Assembly (NCBI GenBank): GCA_965197725.1
Contig: CBDANQ010000060.1
Coordinates: forward strand, 96,001-160,000
Source of the DNA: Longimicrobiales bacterium
GTDB taxonomy: Bacteria; Gemmatimonadota; Gemmatimonadetes; Longimicrobiales; Gaopeijiaceae
Direction of reading: 5' to 3'
Length of the DNA stretch: 64,000 nucleotides
Both the position numbers and the translations under genes were made by a program. The notes under the pieces are model-generated. The model worked only from the letters and a program-made list of their open reading frames with translations. It made no database searches and was not told the origin of the DNA. This document shows positions 20,244 to 31,222 of this stretch, piece by piece. Numbering within the stretch: position 1 is the stretch's first letter; each line of letters starts with the position of its first letter.

Positions 20244-21158
20244 CTAGCTCTCGATCGGGCTTTCCGGGTTGTTCCCGTACTCCTCCCACGAACCGTCGTA
20301 GTTGCGCACGGACGGGTATCCCAGGAGCTCGCTCAGGACGAACCAGGTGTGGGCGCCTCGAATGCCGCTCTGGCAATACGTGATGATCTCTTTGTCCGAA
20401 GCGAACCCGGCGCCACCGTACAACTCGGCCAGCGCGTCGGCAGACTTGAACGTGCCGTCTGGGGCGACCGCGGCGGTCCACTCCACGTTGATCGATCCTG
20501 GGATGTGGCCGCCTCTTGCGGATCTGACGCTGCGGCCCAGGTGCTCATCGGGACCTCTCGCGTCGCAGAACAGCGTCGACGGGTCGTCGGTGTGGTCCAC
20601 CACGTACTGCCAGGTCGTCCGTATCGCCGGGTCCGCCGGCCCGGCCTGGTAACTGGACGCTTCGGACTCCGGCGTCTCCGTGCTCAGCACGCGTCCGTCC
20701 GCGACCCACCTCGGCTCCCCTCCGTTGTAGATGCGGACTTGCGCATGCTGGTAGTACTTCAACACCCAGTAGGCCCTTGCGGAAGGAAGATTGTTCCGAT
20801 CGTCGTATAGGACGACCGTTTGGTCCCGCTCGATACCCAGCGAGGACAGCGCCGCCGACACACCCTCTTCCGTCGCGATCTGGCCGCGGATGGGATCGTC
20901 GGGATTCGAGAGGAGGCCCATCGACAGGAAGGACGCTCCGGGAATGTGCCCCTCTTGGAATCCTTCGAGACCCCCCCCGACGTCCACCAGGCGCACGTCG
21001 GCATCATTCATGTGCGCTTCGACCCACTCCGTGTCGACCAAGACGTCCTTGGCGTAGGAGGCCGCGACGGTCTCACCAACATCGCCCCCGCACGTGGCCG
21101 CGAGGGTTGCCAGCACCATCGCCAAGAGAGGCCTGGTCAGGGCTCGTAGATACGTCAT
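20244..21158 (-). CDS. Tandem-domain rhodanese/sulfurtransferase, predicted lipoprotein
   Basis: Signal ...LATLAATC; GHIPGA, GHIPGS, active site YCQSGIRG, YDGSWEEY. Confidence 0.88.
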   Translation of the reverse strand: MTYLRALTRPLLAMVLATLAATCGGDVGETVAASYAKDVLVDTEWVEAHMNDADVRLVDVGGGLEGFQEGHIPGASFLSMGLLSNPDDPIRGQIATEEGVSAALSSLGIERDQTVVLYDDRNNLPSARAYWVLKYYQHAQVRIYNGGEPRWVADGRVLSTETPESEASSYQAGPADPAIRTTWQYVVDHTDDPSTLFCDARGPDEHLGRSVRSARGGHIPGSINVEWTAAVAPDGTFKSADALAELYGGAGFASDKEIITYCQSGIRGAHTWFVLSELLGYPSVRNYDGSWEEYGNNPESPIES

Positions 21159-21400
21159 GTTTCCTCCCTCGCTTTCGCGCGCGTGATGGTCAGGCGCCAC
21201 TCGGAGGCGCCGGTTTCTTCGATATCGGTCTGGTATCCCAGTCGGGCCGCCTGGGTCGGAATCGTGTCCAGCGCCGGAGCATGATCCGTGACTACCTCGA
21301 GCGCGTCTTTGTGCTCGGAGAGCTTCTTCAGCGCGCTCACGGTCCGCATCATCGGGTACGGACAGATCTCCCCTCTCACATCCAGTTTCGTCGCTGGCAT
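21155..21400 (-). CDS. TusA/YedF-family sulfur carrier protein
   Basis: LDVRGEICPYP (CPxP motif), LEVVTD, 81 aa. Confidence 0.9.
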   Translation of the reverse strand: MPATKLDVRGEICPYPMMRTVSALKKLSEHKDALEVVTDHAPALDTIPTQAARLGYQTDIEETGASEWRLTITRAKAREET

Positions 21401-21421
21401 GGGTCTCCCGCTCCGTGTCGT

Positions 21422-22657
21422 CTACGCGATCCGCTGTATTGCATGAGTGCCGATCCAAGCGCCGAGACCAAGGAAGACGGCAAACACCCATCCGTTGATT
21501 GCCAGCGACGGGATCGCTGAAAAGAACGCACCAATCGTGCAGCCCATGGCGATGCCCGACCCGTATCCCATCATCAAACCGCCGCCGAGGGACTGCGCAT
21601 ACCTCCTCGCACGCTTGGGCGCTCTGATTTTGAACTCTCCCGCCCCGACCGCCGCGGCGAAAGAGCCGAAGAACATGCCACACACAAGAAAGAGCATGTG
21701 GTGGAAGAAGAGTCCGTTCGAGGGCACGAGAACGCAACCCGGTAGGGATTCCACGCCAGCCAACGGTCCGGGGGAGGCGCCGAAGACGGAAGCCACTCCG
21801 GCCGACCACCGAGACACCTCGCCCGTGAAGCCCCACGGCTCCTGCGCCGTGAAGAGGAGAACGTTCAGGCCGCCCAGGGCAGCGCCCGCTGGCAGGATCG
21901 GCCAGCCGCGTACGAACACGCTCCGTGTCACGTCCTTGAGGTGGCCCCTCACGCTGTCCGTCGGCTCTCCGCCGCGCCGCACCGAAGGCACCACCATGCC
22001 GGCTCGATGCTCTACGGACACCACGAAAACGTAGACGGCCGCCAGAGCCAACAACGTCACCACTAGTGCACCCGGATGGCCCAGCCCGTGAGGCATCCAG
22101 ATCCGTGGCGCCGTGGACACGTGCACGTCCCACCACCAGTTCCACGAATACGCCGCCACCAGCAGTCCCCCCATCACCCCAGCGAAGGCGACCCACGACG
22201 CGACGTATCCCTCGCCCATGCGATACAAGCTGCCGGAGACGCATCCGCCGGCCAGGACCATGCCCACGCCGAAGAGAAGTCCGCCGAGCCCCGTGTGAAT
22301 ACCGAGCGGAAGCACATTGGCCGAAGGGGGATAGATCCCCAGTGAGGTGAGGGGCACCTGTTGGCCCATCACGACACCGAAGCCCACGGAAGCCACGGCG
22401 AGGCCCAAGAGTACGCCCTTCATGTTGCGGGCGTGGCCCAGCAGGAAGATGTCGCGGAACGCCGACGCGAAGCAGAAGCGTGCCCGCTGAAGCACGAGCC
22501 CGAACGCGAGACCGAAGGCCCAGAACATCGCGAACTCGGTGTCCGCGGTCCGTGCGACGACATACACCACTGACGCGGCAGCCCAGGCTGCCATTCCCAT
22601 GGTCACTTTGTTTGGTGCGGAGCGGGCCGGGAGGCGCGCCAAGGCATCAGTCGCCAT
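21422..22657 (-). CDS. YeeE/YedE family sulfur-compound transporter
   Basis: QRARFCFASAFRD, GMVLAGGCVSG.LYR.GEG, G.AMGCTIG; many TM helices. Confidence 0.92.
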   Translation of the reverse strand: MATDALARLPARSAPNKVTMGMAAWAAASVVYVVARTADTEFAMFWAFGLAFGLVLQRARFCFASAFRDIFLLGHARNMKGVLLGLAVASVGFGVVMGQQVPLTSLGIYPPSANVLPLGIHTGLGGLLFGVGMVLAGGCVSGSLYRMGEGYVASWVAFAGVMGGLLVAAYSWNWWWDVHVSTAPRIWMPHGLGHPGALVVTLLALAAVYVFVVSVEHRAGMVVPSVRRGGEPTDSVRGHLKDVTRSVFVRGWPILPAGAALGGLNVLLFTAQEPWGFTGEVSRWSAGVASVFGASPGPLAGVESLPGCVLVPSNGLFFHHMLFLVCGMFFGSFAAAVGAGEFKIRAPKRARRYAQSLGGGLMMGYGSGIAMGCTIGAFFSAIPSLAINGWVFAVFLGLGAWIGTHAIQRIA

Positions 22658-23462
22658 CGTTTCCGCCCCGTGAGTTCCAGTCCTGCCACGATCCGTCGTA
22701 GAGCCGCACGCGGGGAAACCCAGCGTGGCGCAGCACCATGTACGTGTGCGCCGCGCGCATGCCCGACCGACAGTAGGTGACGATCTCCCGGTCCGGCGTG
22801 ACCCCTAGCTTCGCCCACTCCGAGCGGAGCTCGCCGCTGTCTCGAGAGCACTCCCATGACCCAACCGGGACAGCGCGGAACCAGTCCCAACAAATCGCCC
22901 CCGGAAGGTGGCCCTGATCGAACTCCGTTTGAGCGCGCGTGTCGAGCAGGACGACGTCGTCGGGGATCCCGTGCTCATGGAGCCAGTCGTAGTCGGCGCT
23001 GACGTCCGCGGTCAAGCGCGATTCGAAAGCGGGCGCGCCTTCCGGTCGGGCACGCTCAGCGCGGCGGACCGTGGGTAGTCGCTCCTCCTGCCATCGGTCC
23101 CACCCACCGTTCAACACCGCGACGGACCTGTGTCCGTAGCGGTGGAGGGCCCAAACCAGCCTCGCCGAGGCCAAGCCCCAGTGAGCGTCGTAGCAGACGA
23201 CAGCGTCATTGTTGGAAAGCGTGACTCGGTCCATGAGTGCGTCGAATTCATGAGGAGGCAGCAACACGTTCTCACACCCCTCCCGCGTCCGTCCGAGCTC
23301 GGCCAGTTCCACATGGATCGCGCCGGGGATATGCTCGTCTTCGTAGGCCCGCGCGTCGCGGAGGTCGACGATGCACACCTGAGGATCGTTCGCCTGCTTC
23401 TGTAGCCAGGCCGGATCGACGAGTAGACCTGGAAGTACCATTTCTCGGCGCAGTCCCGACAC
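22647..23462 (-). CDS. Tandem-domain rhodanese/sulfurtransferase, cytoplasmic
   Basis: HIPGA, VLNGGW, GHLPGA, YCRSGMRA, YDGSWQDW; no signal peptide. Confidence 0.9.
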   Translation of the reverse strand: MSGLRREMVLPGLLVDPAWLQKQANDPQVCIVDLRDARAYEDEHIPGAIHVELAELGRTREGCENVLLPPHEFDALMDRVTLSNNDAVVCYDAHWGLASARLVWALHRYGHRSVAVLNGGWDRWQEERLPTVRRAERARPEGAPAFESRLTADVSADYDWLHEHGIPDDVVLLDTRAQTEFDQGHLPGAICWDWFRAVPVGSWECSRDSGELRSEWAKLGVTPDREIVTYCRSGMRAAHTYMVLRHAGFPRVRLYDGSWQDWNSRGGNDGD

Positions 23463-23575
23463 TTCGGTATCGAAGCTCCTAACAGCCTGGAGTGACCCGG
23501 GCTCCCGGGCTCCCCAGCCCGTCCCGTAAATTTATCGCTTGGCGACGGGCGAGAACACCCGCCGCCCAGGCCGAC

Positions 23576-25861
23576 TCAGAGCAGAGCGTCTAGGTACAGA
23601 TCGATCCGGAACTGCTTCGCGAAGCCGTTGAGCCCGTGGGACAAGTCCATACGGATCAGGCCGTCGAGAACGCCTCGGCCCACGCCGATGCCATAGAGGA
23701 AGTCGCCTGTGTCGAAGTCCGAGCGCAGTCCGGCCCAGCCGACGTCCCCGAACACGCTCACCGAGCCGACGTCGAGGGTCCGTGCCAACTCCAGCCGACC
23801 CCGCGCGAAGGACGACCCCATGAAGGTTGAACCAGCGTATCCGCGGAGCGTCTTGGCTCCGCCCAAGAACCATGCGCGTTGGACCGGCGCGTCGCCCCAG
23901 GTGGTTCCGCCACCGGCCTCGACGCCCAAGCGCCAGGTCGGATAGACCACCGGAACGGCCGCACGCAGAATCGCGCTGGCCCGCGCGTAGTCCGTTTCGG
24001 CTCTCGTGAACGTGGTCCTCCAGCGGGCCCCCTGTCCGTACAGTTCGAGCCCGAACTGTGCCCGAAAGGGCTCGCCACCCCACCACGGAGAGAGTCGCAG
24101 TTCGGCGCCGACCTCCTCCACCTCGTCGGCGTCGATGTTGGGTCGGAAGTCCCAACTCGAATCAAGCGCGTGGTATAGCGCGAAGCCGATCTCGGAGGAG
24201 ACCGACTCCTGACGCTCCGCATAGGCCCTGAACTCGAAGGACGCGCGGGCACCGATCGGGGGACGCCATGTGAAGTCGGCACCCGTGGCCCGGTAGTATT
24301 CTCCCTCGTCCCGTCCGAAGAGGAGTGCGTGCACCGAGTTGCCCAGCTCCAGATAGCCTCCCCGGGGGTCGGTGGTGGTGAGCTCGTGGAAGATGCCCAG
24401 GCGCAGCCGACGCCGAACAGAACTCCGCTCGAAGTCCAGGCGCACTTTCGCATCGAGATCCGCGAGTCCGAAGAATCCCTGGGCCTCGAAGGTGTAAGGC
24501 CCACCCAGGCTCGCCTCGAAGCGACCACCCGCGGCCGGTCCCTCCACGCGGTTGTACCGGACCAGGTCCTGGCGGGCCCAGCCCCAGTTCGCCGACCAGG
24601 GAATTCCCTGGATGCTCGGCGCTGGCAAGTCGGCCAGGCTGTTGACGTAGTCCTCGAGCTGGTCGTCCGACGGGAAACCCACCGCGTCTTCCCAGATCGG
24701 AGGCGGAAGACGGGGACTGGTGGCGACCAAGCTCCGTTCCTGGGGCACGATCATCAAAGACTCGCGTTCGCGCGCGAACTCTTCGTCGGCGGCTTCGTAT
24801 TCGATCCCGTCCTGCTCGGACAACAGTTGGGCGATGAAGGTCATGGCCTCGGCGCGGCTCTCGAAGTGCCGCTCTACGAGTCCCAACCGTGCGGCCGTTT
24901 CCGGCTCAGCCAGGTCTGCCTCGCTGGTTACCGACTCCATCGTATAGGAGAGGTCCATCGACACCGGCATCTTCAGGATGCCCGCGCTGACCTCCCCCTC
25001 CATGCGCATGCTGCGCGGGAGCCAGACCTCGAAGTCCCACAGGGCATAGTCGACGGCCACCATCGTCAGGTCGAACGTCCACGGCTTGAACAGGCCTGGC
25101 ACGTACTTGAACGATCCCTTGTCCTCCTCTTCCTGGAGCTCGGCGATGTCGCGCATGGCATCGAACTGCCGGCTCAGCCGGTAGACCGCCCGCACGAGCG
25201 CCCCGGACTCGGGCTCGATCCACAGGCTCCCCGTGATGCGGTGGACATCGGCCTCCCGAGGGAGTACGTCCAGCTGAACGATGAGGAGCCGACGCCCATC
25301 CGGGAGGGATAGCGTAAGCGTGTCCCCGCTTTCGTAGCGGTACAGGGAGTCGGCCCCGTTCACCAACGGGTGCGCGACCCAGTAGCCGTCCTCCTCGTTC
25401 GACTCGAAGGCGCTGTCGTCCTCGTGCGAAATGCCAAGGAGGAGGCGTTCGCCGCCCGGCTCGAAAGGCTCGTCGAACGGGAGGTCGTCCAGCCAGTCCA
25501 TGTCACCCTCTCTCACCGCGATCGACCGGCCCGGATACTGCGAGCGCGTGCCCAGGACCTGGACCACCGCGTCATGATCCCGGTCCCAGAAAGCCCGGAC
25601 GGCGGTCTCGTTGCGGTAGATGATGCGATCCTTGAGCGGGGTCCGAATCGCCGCCGCGATTCGCTGCTTGATGAGCGCCGTGTACCGCACCACCGACGCG
25701 TCGACGGATCGCCAGTTCGTCTGTGCCGCCTCGAAGAGCGTGCGCGCTCCGGAATCGACGAACGTGTCCGGCGCGACTTGTCCGGCGGCGAATTCAACTG
25801 AAAGGCCGAGCGAGGAGAGGACGCACGCTCCGAAGCGAACCAGCGCTCGCGTTCGTGTCAT
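23576..25861 (-). CDS. Exported protein with probable C-terminal outer-membrane beta-barrel
   Basis: Signal peptide; RYNRVEG, LGGAKTLRGY, FGDVGWAG motifs reminiscent of Omp85/ShlB-like barrels. Confidence 0.6.
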   Translation of the reverse strand: MTRTRALVRFGACVLSSLGLSVEFAAGQVAPDTFVDSGARTLFEAAQTNWRSVDASVVRYTALIKQRIAAAIRTPLKDRIIYRNETAVRAFWDRDHDAVVQVLGTRSQYPGRSIAVREGDMDWLDDLPFDEPFEPGGERLLLGISHEDDSAFESNEEDGYWVAHPLVNGADSLYRYESGDTLTLSLPDGRRLLIVQLDVLPREADVHRITGSLWIEPESGALVRAVYRLSRQFDAMRDIAELQEEEDKGSFKYVPGLFKPWTFDLTMVAVDYALWDFEVWLPRSMRMEGEVSAGILKMPVSMDLSYTMESVTSEADLAEPETAARLGLVERHFESRAEAMTFIAQLLSEQDGIEYEAADEEFARERESLMIVPQERSLVATSPRLPPPIWEDAVGFPSDDQLEDYVNSLADLPAPSIQGIPWSANWGWARQDLVRYNRVEGPAAGGRFEASLGGPYTFEAQGFFGLADLDAKVRLDFERSSVRRRLRLGIFHELTTTDPRGGYLELGNSVHALLFGRDEGEYYRATGADFTWRPPIGARASFEFRAYAERQESVSSEIGFALYHALDSSWDFRPNIDADEVEEVGAELRLSPWWGGEPFRAQFGLELYGQGARWRTTFTRAETDYARASAILRAAVPVVYPTWRLGVEAGGGTTWGDAPVQRAWFLGGAKTLRGYAGSTFMGSSFARGRLELARTLDVGSVSVFGDVGWAGLRSDFDTGDFLYGIGVGRGVLDGLIRMDLSHGLNGFAKQFRIDLYLDALL

Positions 25862-27166
25862 GAGCCCTGCCTTCGACTGTCGTCCGTCGCATCGTGCCTG
25901 AAGCGGACCTCACGGAAGTCGTCCCAGGGAACCACCCGCCACCGGGACCCGTCGGGGTCGCTCGGGCGGTTCGCACCGATCGGGGCGATGAGGATGCCCT
26001 TGTTGTCCCAGTCGACGTCGTTGGAGTCGTCGAGCTCGAAGCTCCGTCCCGTCCAGGAGTGTCACCTTGGCCCCGAACGCGTCCCCTCGCTCGATCCGGC
26101 TCACGTAGCCGAGCTCGATCGTGAAGACCACATCGTCCGCACGACCGTTCAGAAATTCCCACGACCCGGCCTCGTCCGCGTCCCACCGAATCACGCCTTC
26201 GATCTGCTCACCCGACTGCGTGACCACGGTGCCCCGCAAGAGGTGGCCTCCATCGAAGGCGTCGTAACCAACGACCGCGTCCGCCTCATGGAAGCGCAGA
26301 ATCTGGAAGTCCCGCCACGCGACCTCCACCATGCCGAGGCTCGGATCCGAGATCTGAATCCCGCGGTTTCCGCGGTCGACGTCGTTCGAGCCTGTGAGGT
26401 CCAGCTCGTCCCCGTTGACCAGCACGACCCGAGCCCCACCAGGGATACGCGCAATCGAGGTGATCTCGCCGAATCGAATGTCCAGCTCGTCACCCCCCTG
26501 CATCTCTTCGCCGTCCAGCACATCGGACTTGAGGATCTCGTCCAGATCCCACGAGACGTAGCCCGTGAAGCGATTGCCGTCACGGTCTTCGACGGTTCCG
26601 TAGAGTCGGCTAGCGGAGGCCCGGGCTCCAGAGGGCGCCGCGGAGAACACGACTCGATCGAGATCACCCCAGTCGAGCTCGACTCCACGCCGCCCGGGCA
26701 CGTCCACCACCAGCTCACGGATGGAAGGTCCCAGATCCGTAGAGCCGCCCTCCAGCTCCACTAGCTCGCCAGAACGCAGGGTCAGCTCGACCCGGTCCGC
26801 ACCGATGACGCGGAGAGACGCGAGGTGCCCGAAGCGAATGCCCGACGCCGCGGCGGATGGGAAGTCGGGGTCGTCCTCCTCCCAGGAAATCCGATACCCC
26901 CGCAGGTCGATGGTGCGCACCGGCGGTCCTTCTTCACCGCTCGATTCGACCCACGCCCGGTAGTTCTCCTCGGGGATCTCTTTGGATCCGTCCAGAATGT
27001 CCACCCAGCTGCCCTCGTTCCGGTCCCAGCGGATGAACCCCTCATGGACGTCGCCGGAGGTCGTGTACACCTCGCCCCAGATCCGGTGGCCGTCCTGCGC
27101 CCACAGCGGACCGGCGAGCCACGTCGTACACAACAATGAGCAAGCAACCGTACGAGACAGCCCCAT
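25858..27166 (-). pseudogene. Secreted internal-repeat protein with a +1 frameshift near 26049
   Basis: Three G.V.T..G...EG..RWD..E....LDG units; removing one G restores FELDDSNDVDWDNKGI (compare LTGSNDVDRGNRGI) and an ATGA overlap with the next gene. Confidence 0.75.
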
Positions 27167-27203
27167 GTAGTTCCTTGCTGAAGCGAAGGCCTGAACCTGC
27201 TTG

Positions 27204-28793
27204 TCAATAGATACGACGGCCGTCCAAGTCCGCGGGAATCGGAATGCCCGCGAGCCCAGCGAGGGTGGGCGCGAAGTCCACGGTGTAGACGGGCGCGTCC
27301 GAAGTGCCGGACTCGACGCCCGCGCCCATGAAGATCATCTCCACGTGACGGTCGTACCAATACGTCGTTTCGTGGTTCGTGCCCGTGCGATATCCCACGA
27401 GGTCTCCCTCTCCGAATCGGACTTCGACGCCCCAGCGCGATAGCGGCCCCCACGCGCGCCCCGGGTAATGCGAGTTGCGAAAGAGGACCGCGAAGGAGTC
27501 GGCGGGCTCACCGCGCGTCAGTTCCGAATGCGTGTACGCCTTCGCTACGAGTCCCCGCTTCTCGACGAGCCGGGCGAGCCGCTCCGCGAACTCCTCCGGC
27601 GAGCCACCGTCGCGCGTCGTTTCGTTGAGCGCCTCGGCGAGCCGTGCGTTCCTCTCCGTGTCCGGGATTCGTACGGCGTCCGGGTTCGTGCCCATCTCCA
27701 CCTGAGCCTCGGGGATCGTGACGACGCCGTGGTCTCCGGCGAGGCCGATCAACCACTCTCCTTCGCCGACCTCCTCGTCCAGGTACTCGAAGAACTCGCC
27801 GAGAAGCCGATCGACGTGGATCAGGTTCGAGAGCTGCTCCTGACTGAAGGGGCCGTAGGCGTGCCCGATGCGGTCCGTGGCGGAGAGTGAGATCGCCAGA
27901 TAGTCCTGATTACGGCGCTGGCCGAGCTTCAGCTCGTCGATCACCTCATGCGCCAGCGCCATGACCGCGGCATCGACGCGCGACTGCTCGAAGCCCCACA
28001 CGTTGTGGACCTGTGGGTGGTCTTCGGCGTTCTCCTCCGAGCTCACATGCGGGAACGTCGAGTGAACGCCATCGAACTCGTAGGTCGCGGAGTCGGGACG
28101 CGCGAGACTCCGAAGCCGCGCTGGTACGTCCGTGTTCCACACCGTGTCTTGCGCGATCGCTGGCATGAAGCTGCCGTTGAAGCGCATGAGCCACTCCGGA
28201 TAGCTGTTCAGGTAGTGCGTAGAGGTGATGAAGCGACCGAGCTCAGGCAGCAGCCAGTACACCTGTTCGCTCGTCTTGCCACCCATCGGGATCGCGGCGC
28301 GATCCTTCTTCGAGATCGATACCCGGCGCGACTCGTCGTTTGCGGCGCGGAGCCAGTCGGGAAGGCCTTCGCGGATCATCGCTTTCGGAGACCGCCCTTC
28401 GAGGACCTGCACGGTCTCGAAGCCGAGGATTCTGCGTGGGGGGTCGGCGACGGCGTATGAGCTCTCCCACTCACCACCGACCTGCTGGAACCAGGAGTTC
28501 GCGACGACGGCGTGGCGGGAGGGAAAGACCCCGGTGGTGAGCGTCGCGTGACCCGGAGCCGTGCTCGTGCGCGCGTGCGCGTGCGACGCCTGCGTGAAGC
28601 GGAACCCCTCGTCGAGCAGACGGCGGAAGCCGGCGGTGAAGGCCGGCTCATAGCGGTCGAGGAGATCCCCCCGAAGCTGATCGACGACCAGCATGATCAC
28701 CAGCCTCGGACCACCGTCCTGCGCCGAAAGGCTGGGCGCGACTATAGCACCGAGCGTCAGCGCCAGAAACTGTATGCGGAGGAAGCCTGTCAT
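27204..28793 (-). CDS. Alkaline phosphatase superfamily protein (PafA-like nucleotide pyrophosphatase/phosphodiesterase)
   Basis: VVDQLR, TSTAPGHATLTTG (Thr nucleophile), KKDRAA, D.IGHAYGP, GDHG; signal peptide. Confidence 0.88.
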   Translation of the reverse strand: MTGFLRIQFLALTLGAIVAPSLSAQDGGPRLVIMLVVDQLRGDLLDRYEPAFTAGFRRLLDEGFRFTQASHAHARTSTAPGHATLTTGVFPSRHAVVANSWFQQVGGEWESSYAVADPPRRILGFETVQVLEGRSPKAMIREGLPDWLRAANDESRRVSISKKDRAAIPMGGKTSEQVYWLLPELGRFITSTHYLNSYPEWLMRFNGSFMPAIAQDTVWNTDVPARLRSLARPDSATYEFDGVHSTFPHVSSEENAEDHPQVHNVWGFEQSRVDAAVMALAHEVIDELKLGQRRNQDYLAISLSATDRIGHAYGPFSQEQLSNLIHVDRLLGEFFEYLDEEVGEGEWLIGLAGDHGVVTIPEAQVEMGTNPDAVRIPDTERNARLAEALNETTRDGGSPEEFAERLARLVEKRGLVAKAYTHSELTRGEPADSFAVLFRNSHYPGRAWGPLSRWGVEVRFGEGDLVGYRTGTNHETTYWYDRHVEMIFMGAGVESGTSDAPVYTVDFAPTLAGLAGIPIPADLDGRRIY

Positions 28794-28856
28794 GCTTCGG
28801 TTCTCTGAAGAGTTCTGCCACCTGGCGGACAACTAGATTATCACGTAACCGGAGTT

Positions 28857-29273
28857 GTGCGTACCATGATGGACCACATCGAGATCCATACTCGGGGCAA
28901 GGGCCTCCTCGAGATCACCGACACGGTGCAAGGCGTCGTCCGTGCCAGCGGCCTGGATCAAGGGCTGTGCACGGTGATGGTCCAGCACACGTCAGCGAGC
29001 CTCACGATCCAGGAGAACGTGGACCCGTCCGCCCGTCGCGACCTCGAGCTTTGGCTGGAGCGGCTCGTGCCGGAGGACGACCCCAACTTCACGCACGTGC
29101 ACGAAGGTCCGGATGACATGCCGTCCCACATTAAGGCGGCGCTGACGTCGACCACGCTGTCGATCCCCATCGAGCGAGGCGCGCTGGCGCTTGGTACGTG
29201 GCAGGGGATTTACCTCTGGGAGCACCGTCGGCGTGGGTCGGTGCGGCGGTGTGTGGTGCATGTTGGGGAGTGA
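28857..29273 (+). CDS. yjbQ: YjbQ/UPF0047 family protein
   Basis: [38 protein letters not shown]. Confidence 0.92.
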   Translation: MRTMMDHIEIHTRGKGLLEITDTVQGVVRASGLDQGLCTVMVQHTSASLTIQENVDPSARRDLELWLERLVPEDDPNFTHVHEGPDDMPSHIKAALTSTTLSIPIERGALALGTWQGIYLWEHRRRGSVRRCVVHVGE

Positions 29274-30277
29274 GGGGTCCCTGGCTCGGCCCGTCGCCGG
29301 CGATGCCGCCTCGATACTCGTCGCCGTCCTCGTCGCGACAGGCTGCGGCGACCCCGTGCAGCGCCCTGGCGCGTCCACGAGTGACACCGCGAGGGCCGCT
29401 CTTCGCATCGTCGCCGTCACGCACGGCGTCTCGGCGAACCCATTCTGGTCGGTGGTGATCAACGGCCTCGACGACGCGGCACATGACATGGGCGTAAGGG
29501 TCGAGTACCAGGCGCCGAGCACGTTCGACATGGTCACGATGAGCGAGCTCATCGACGCAGCCGTCGCCTCCCGCCCGGACGGCCTCGTAGTGTCGGTGCC
29601 CGACCCCGACGCGCTGGGTGCCTCCATCCGGATGGCCGTCGAGGTCGGCATCCCGGTGATCACCATCAACTCGGGGGAGGACGCGTCAGCCTCCCTAAGG
29701 CGCCCTGGCTCACGTGGGCCAGGCCGAGTACGACGCGGGCTTCGGCGGGGGCGAGCGGCTCGCGGAGGCCGGTGTGCAGCGCGTCCTGTGCGTGAACCAG
29801 GAGGTCGGCAACGCCGCGCTCGATACCAGGTGTCAGGGCCTCACGGACGCGCTGGCGGAGCATGGTGTGCCGGTGTCGGTGCTGGCCGTGGAGCTCGCGG
29901 ATCCCGAAGACACGCGCCAGCGGGTCGCCGGGGCGCTCTTGGCGGATTCCACGATCGATGGCATGCTCGCGCTCGGGACCACCGGCGCGGAGCCCGCGCT
30001 CGCGGCGCTTCACGACCTCGGTCGCGTCGGCGCAGTGCGCCTCGGCACGTTCGACCTTTCGACGCTGGTGCTCGAGGCGATCCGAGACGGTGAGATCGAC
30101 TTCGCCATCGACCAGCAGCAGTATCTCCAGGGCTACCTGCCCGTCGTCCTGCTCACGCTGTACATCGAGACCGGCACCGTGCCGGGCGGAGGGCACGCGA
30201 TTCCGACCGGACCGGGCTTCGTGACCATCGAGACCGCGCAGCAAGTCATGGACCTCACGCGCCGCGGCGTGCGGTGA
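29260..30277 (+). pseudogene. Sugar (inositol/ribose-type) ABC substrate-binding lipoprotein, frameshift at about 29697
   Basis: Lipobox [26 protein letters not shown], then [10 protein letters not shown] and [10 protein letters not shown] in another frame. Confidence 0.85.
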
Positions 30278-30464
30278 GCCGGCGCGCGGCTGGCGTCCTC
30301 GCCCGCCCCTTCAACCGCCCTGGGGCCGCGGCGGCGGTAGGCGCCGTCCTCATCTGGCTCCTCTTTGCGGGTGCGGCCGGACCGGCGTTCCGGAGCATGA
30401 CGGGCACCGCATCGTACCTGAACGCCGCGGCGCCGCTCGGAATCCTGGCGGTGGGCGTTGCGCT
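30274..30464 (+). pseudogene. Sugar ABC permease, only the first ~63 codons remain
   Basis: TM segment plus [17 protein letters not shown], then an abrupt join to ATPase sequence. Confidence 0.75.
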
Positions 30465-31216
30465 CCGTCGCGCAGCCGCGCCTCGAGGCGCGCGACGTAT
30501 CGATGCGCTTCGGCGGGGTCGTGGCGCTCGAGCACGCGTCCCTGTCCGCGCGCGCTGGCGAGGTGACGTGCCTGCTCGGGGACAACGGCGCCGGCAAGTC
30601 GACACTCATCAAGGTTCTGGCTGGCGTGCACCCACCGACCGGGGGCGCATGCCTACTGGACGGGGAGACGGTTCGATTCCGCTCTCCCAGGGAGGCGCTG
30701 AGCCGCGGGATCGCGACGGTCTACCAAGACCTCGCGATGGTGCCGCTGATGAGCGTGTGGCGAAACTTTTTTCTTGGCTCCGAGCCGACGAGTGGCCGGG
30801 GACCGTTCCGCCGAATCGACGCGGACCGCTGCAGAGAGGAAACACGCGCCGAGCTCGCGGCGATGGGGATCGAGCTTCGGGATCCGGAGCAGCCGGTCGG
30901 AAGCCTGTCAGGCGGGGAGCGCCAGGCCGTCGCGATCGCCAGGGCGCTCCACTTCGGCGCCCGCGTCCTGATCTTGGACGAGCCCACCGCCGCACTCGGG
31001 CTTCGGCAGTCCGAGCGTGTCCTGGAGCACGTCCGCACGGCGGCCGACCGAGGCGTCGCCGTGGTGTTCGTCACGCATACGCCGCACCACGCTCACCCCG
31101 TTGGGGACCGCTTCGTCGTGCTGCGCAGAGGACGGGTCGTCGCGGACGAGCTGCGGGAGGCGCTGCCCGTCGAGGAGCTGGCGGCATTGATGGCAGGCGG
31201 GGCGTTCCCGGACTGA
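30458..31216 (+). CDS. Sugar ABC transporter ATP-binding protein (5' end at a deletion junction)
   Basis: [32 protein letters not shown]. Confidence 0.85.
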   Translation: MRSVAQPRLEARDVSMRFGGVVALEHASLSARAGEVTCLLGDNGAGKSTLIKVLAGVHPPTGGACLLDGETVRFRSPREALSRGIATVYQDLAMVPLMSVWRNFFLGSEPTSGRGPFRRIDADRCREETRAELAAMGIELRDPEQPVGSLSGGERQAVAIARALHFGARVLILDEPTAALGLRQSERVLEHVRTAADRGVAVVFVTHTPHHAHPVGDRFVVLRRGRVVADELREALPVEELAALMAGGAFPD

Positions 31217-31222
31217 CCCGCG

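Noticed and set aside
21159..22244. 666-aa rhodanese fusion
   Set aside because: The upstream part is an alternative frame of the YeeE/YedE and TusA genes; the real start is 21158.
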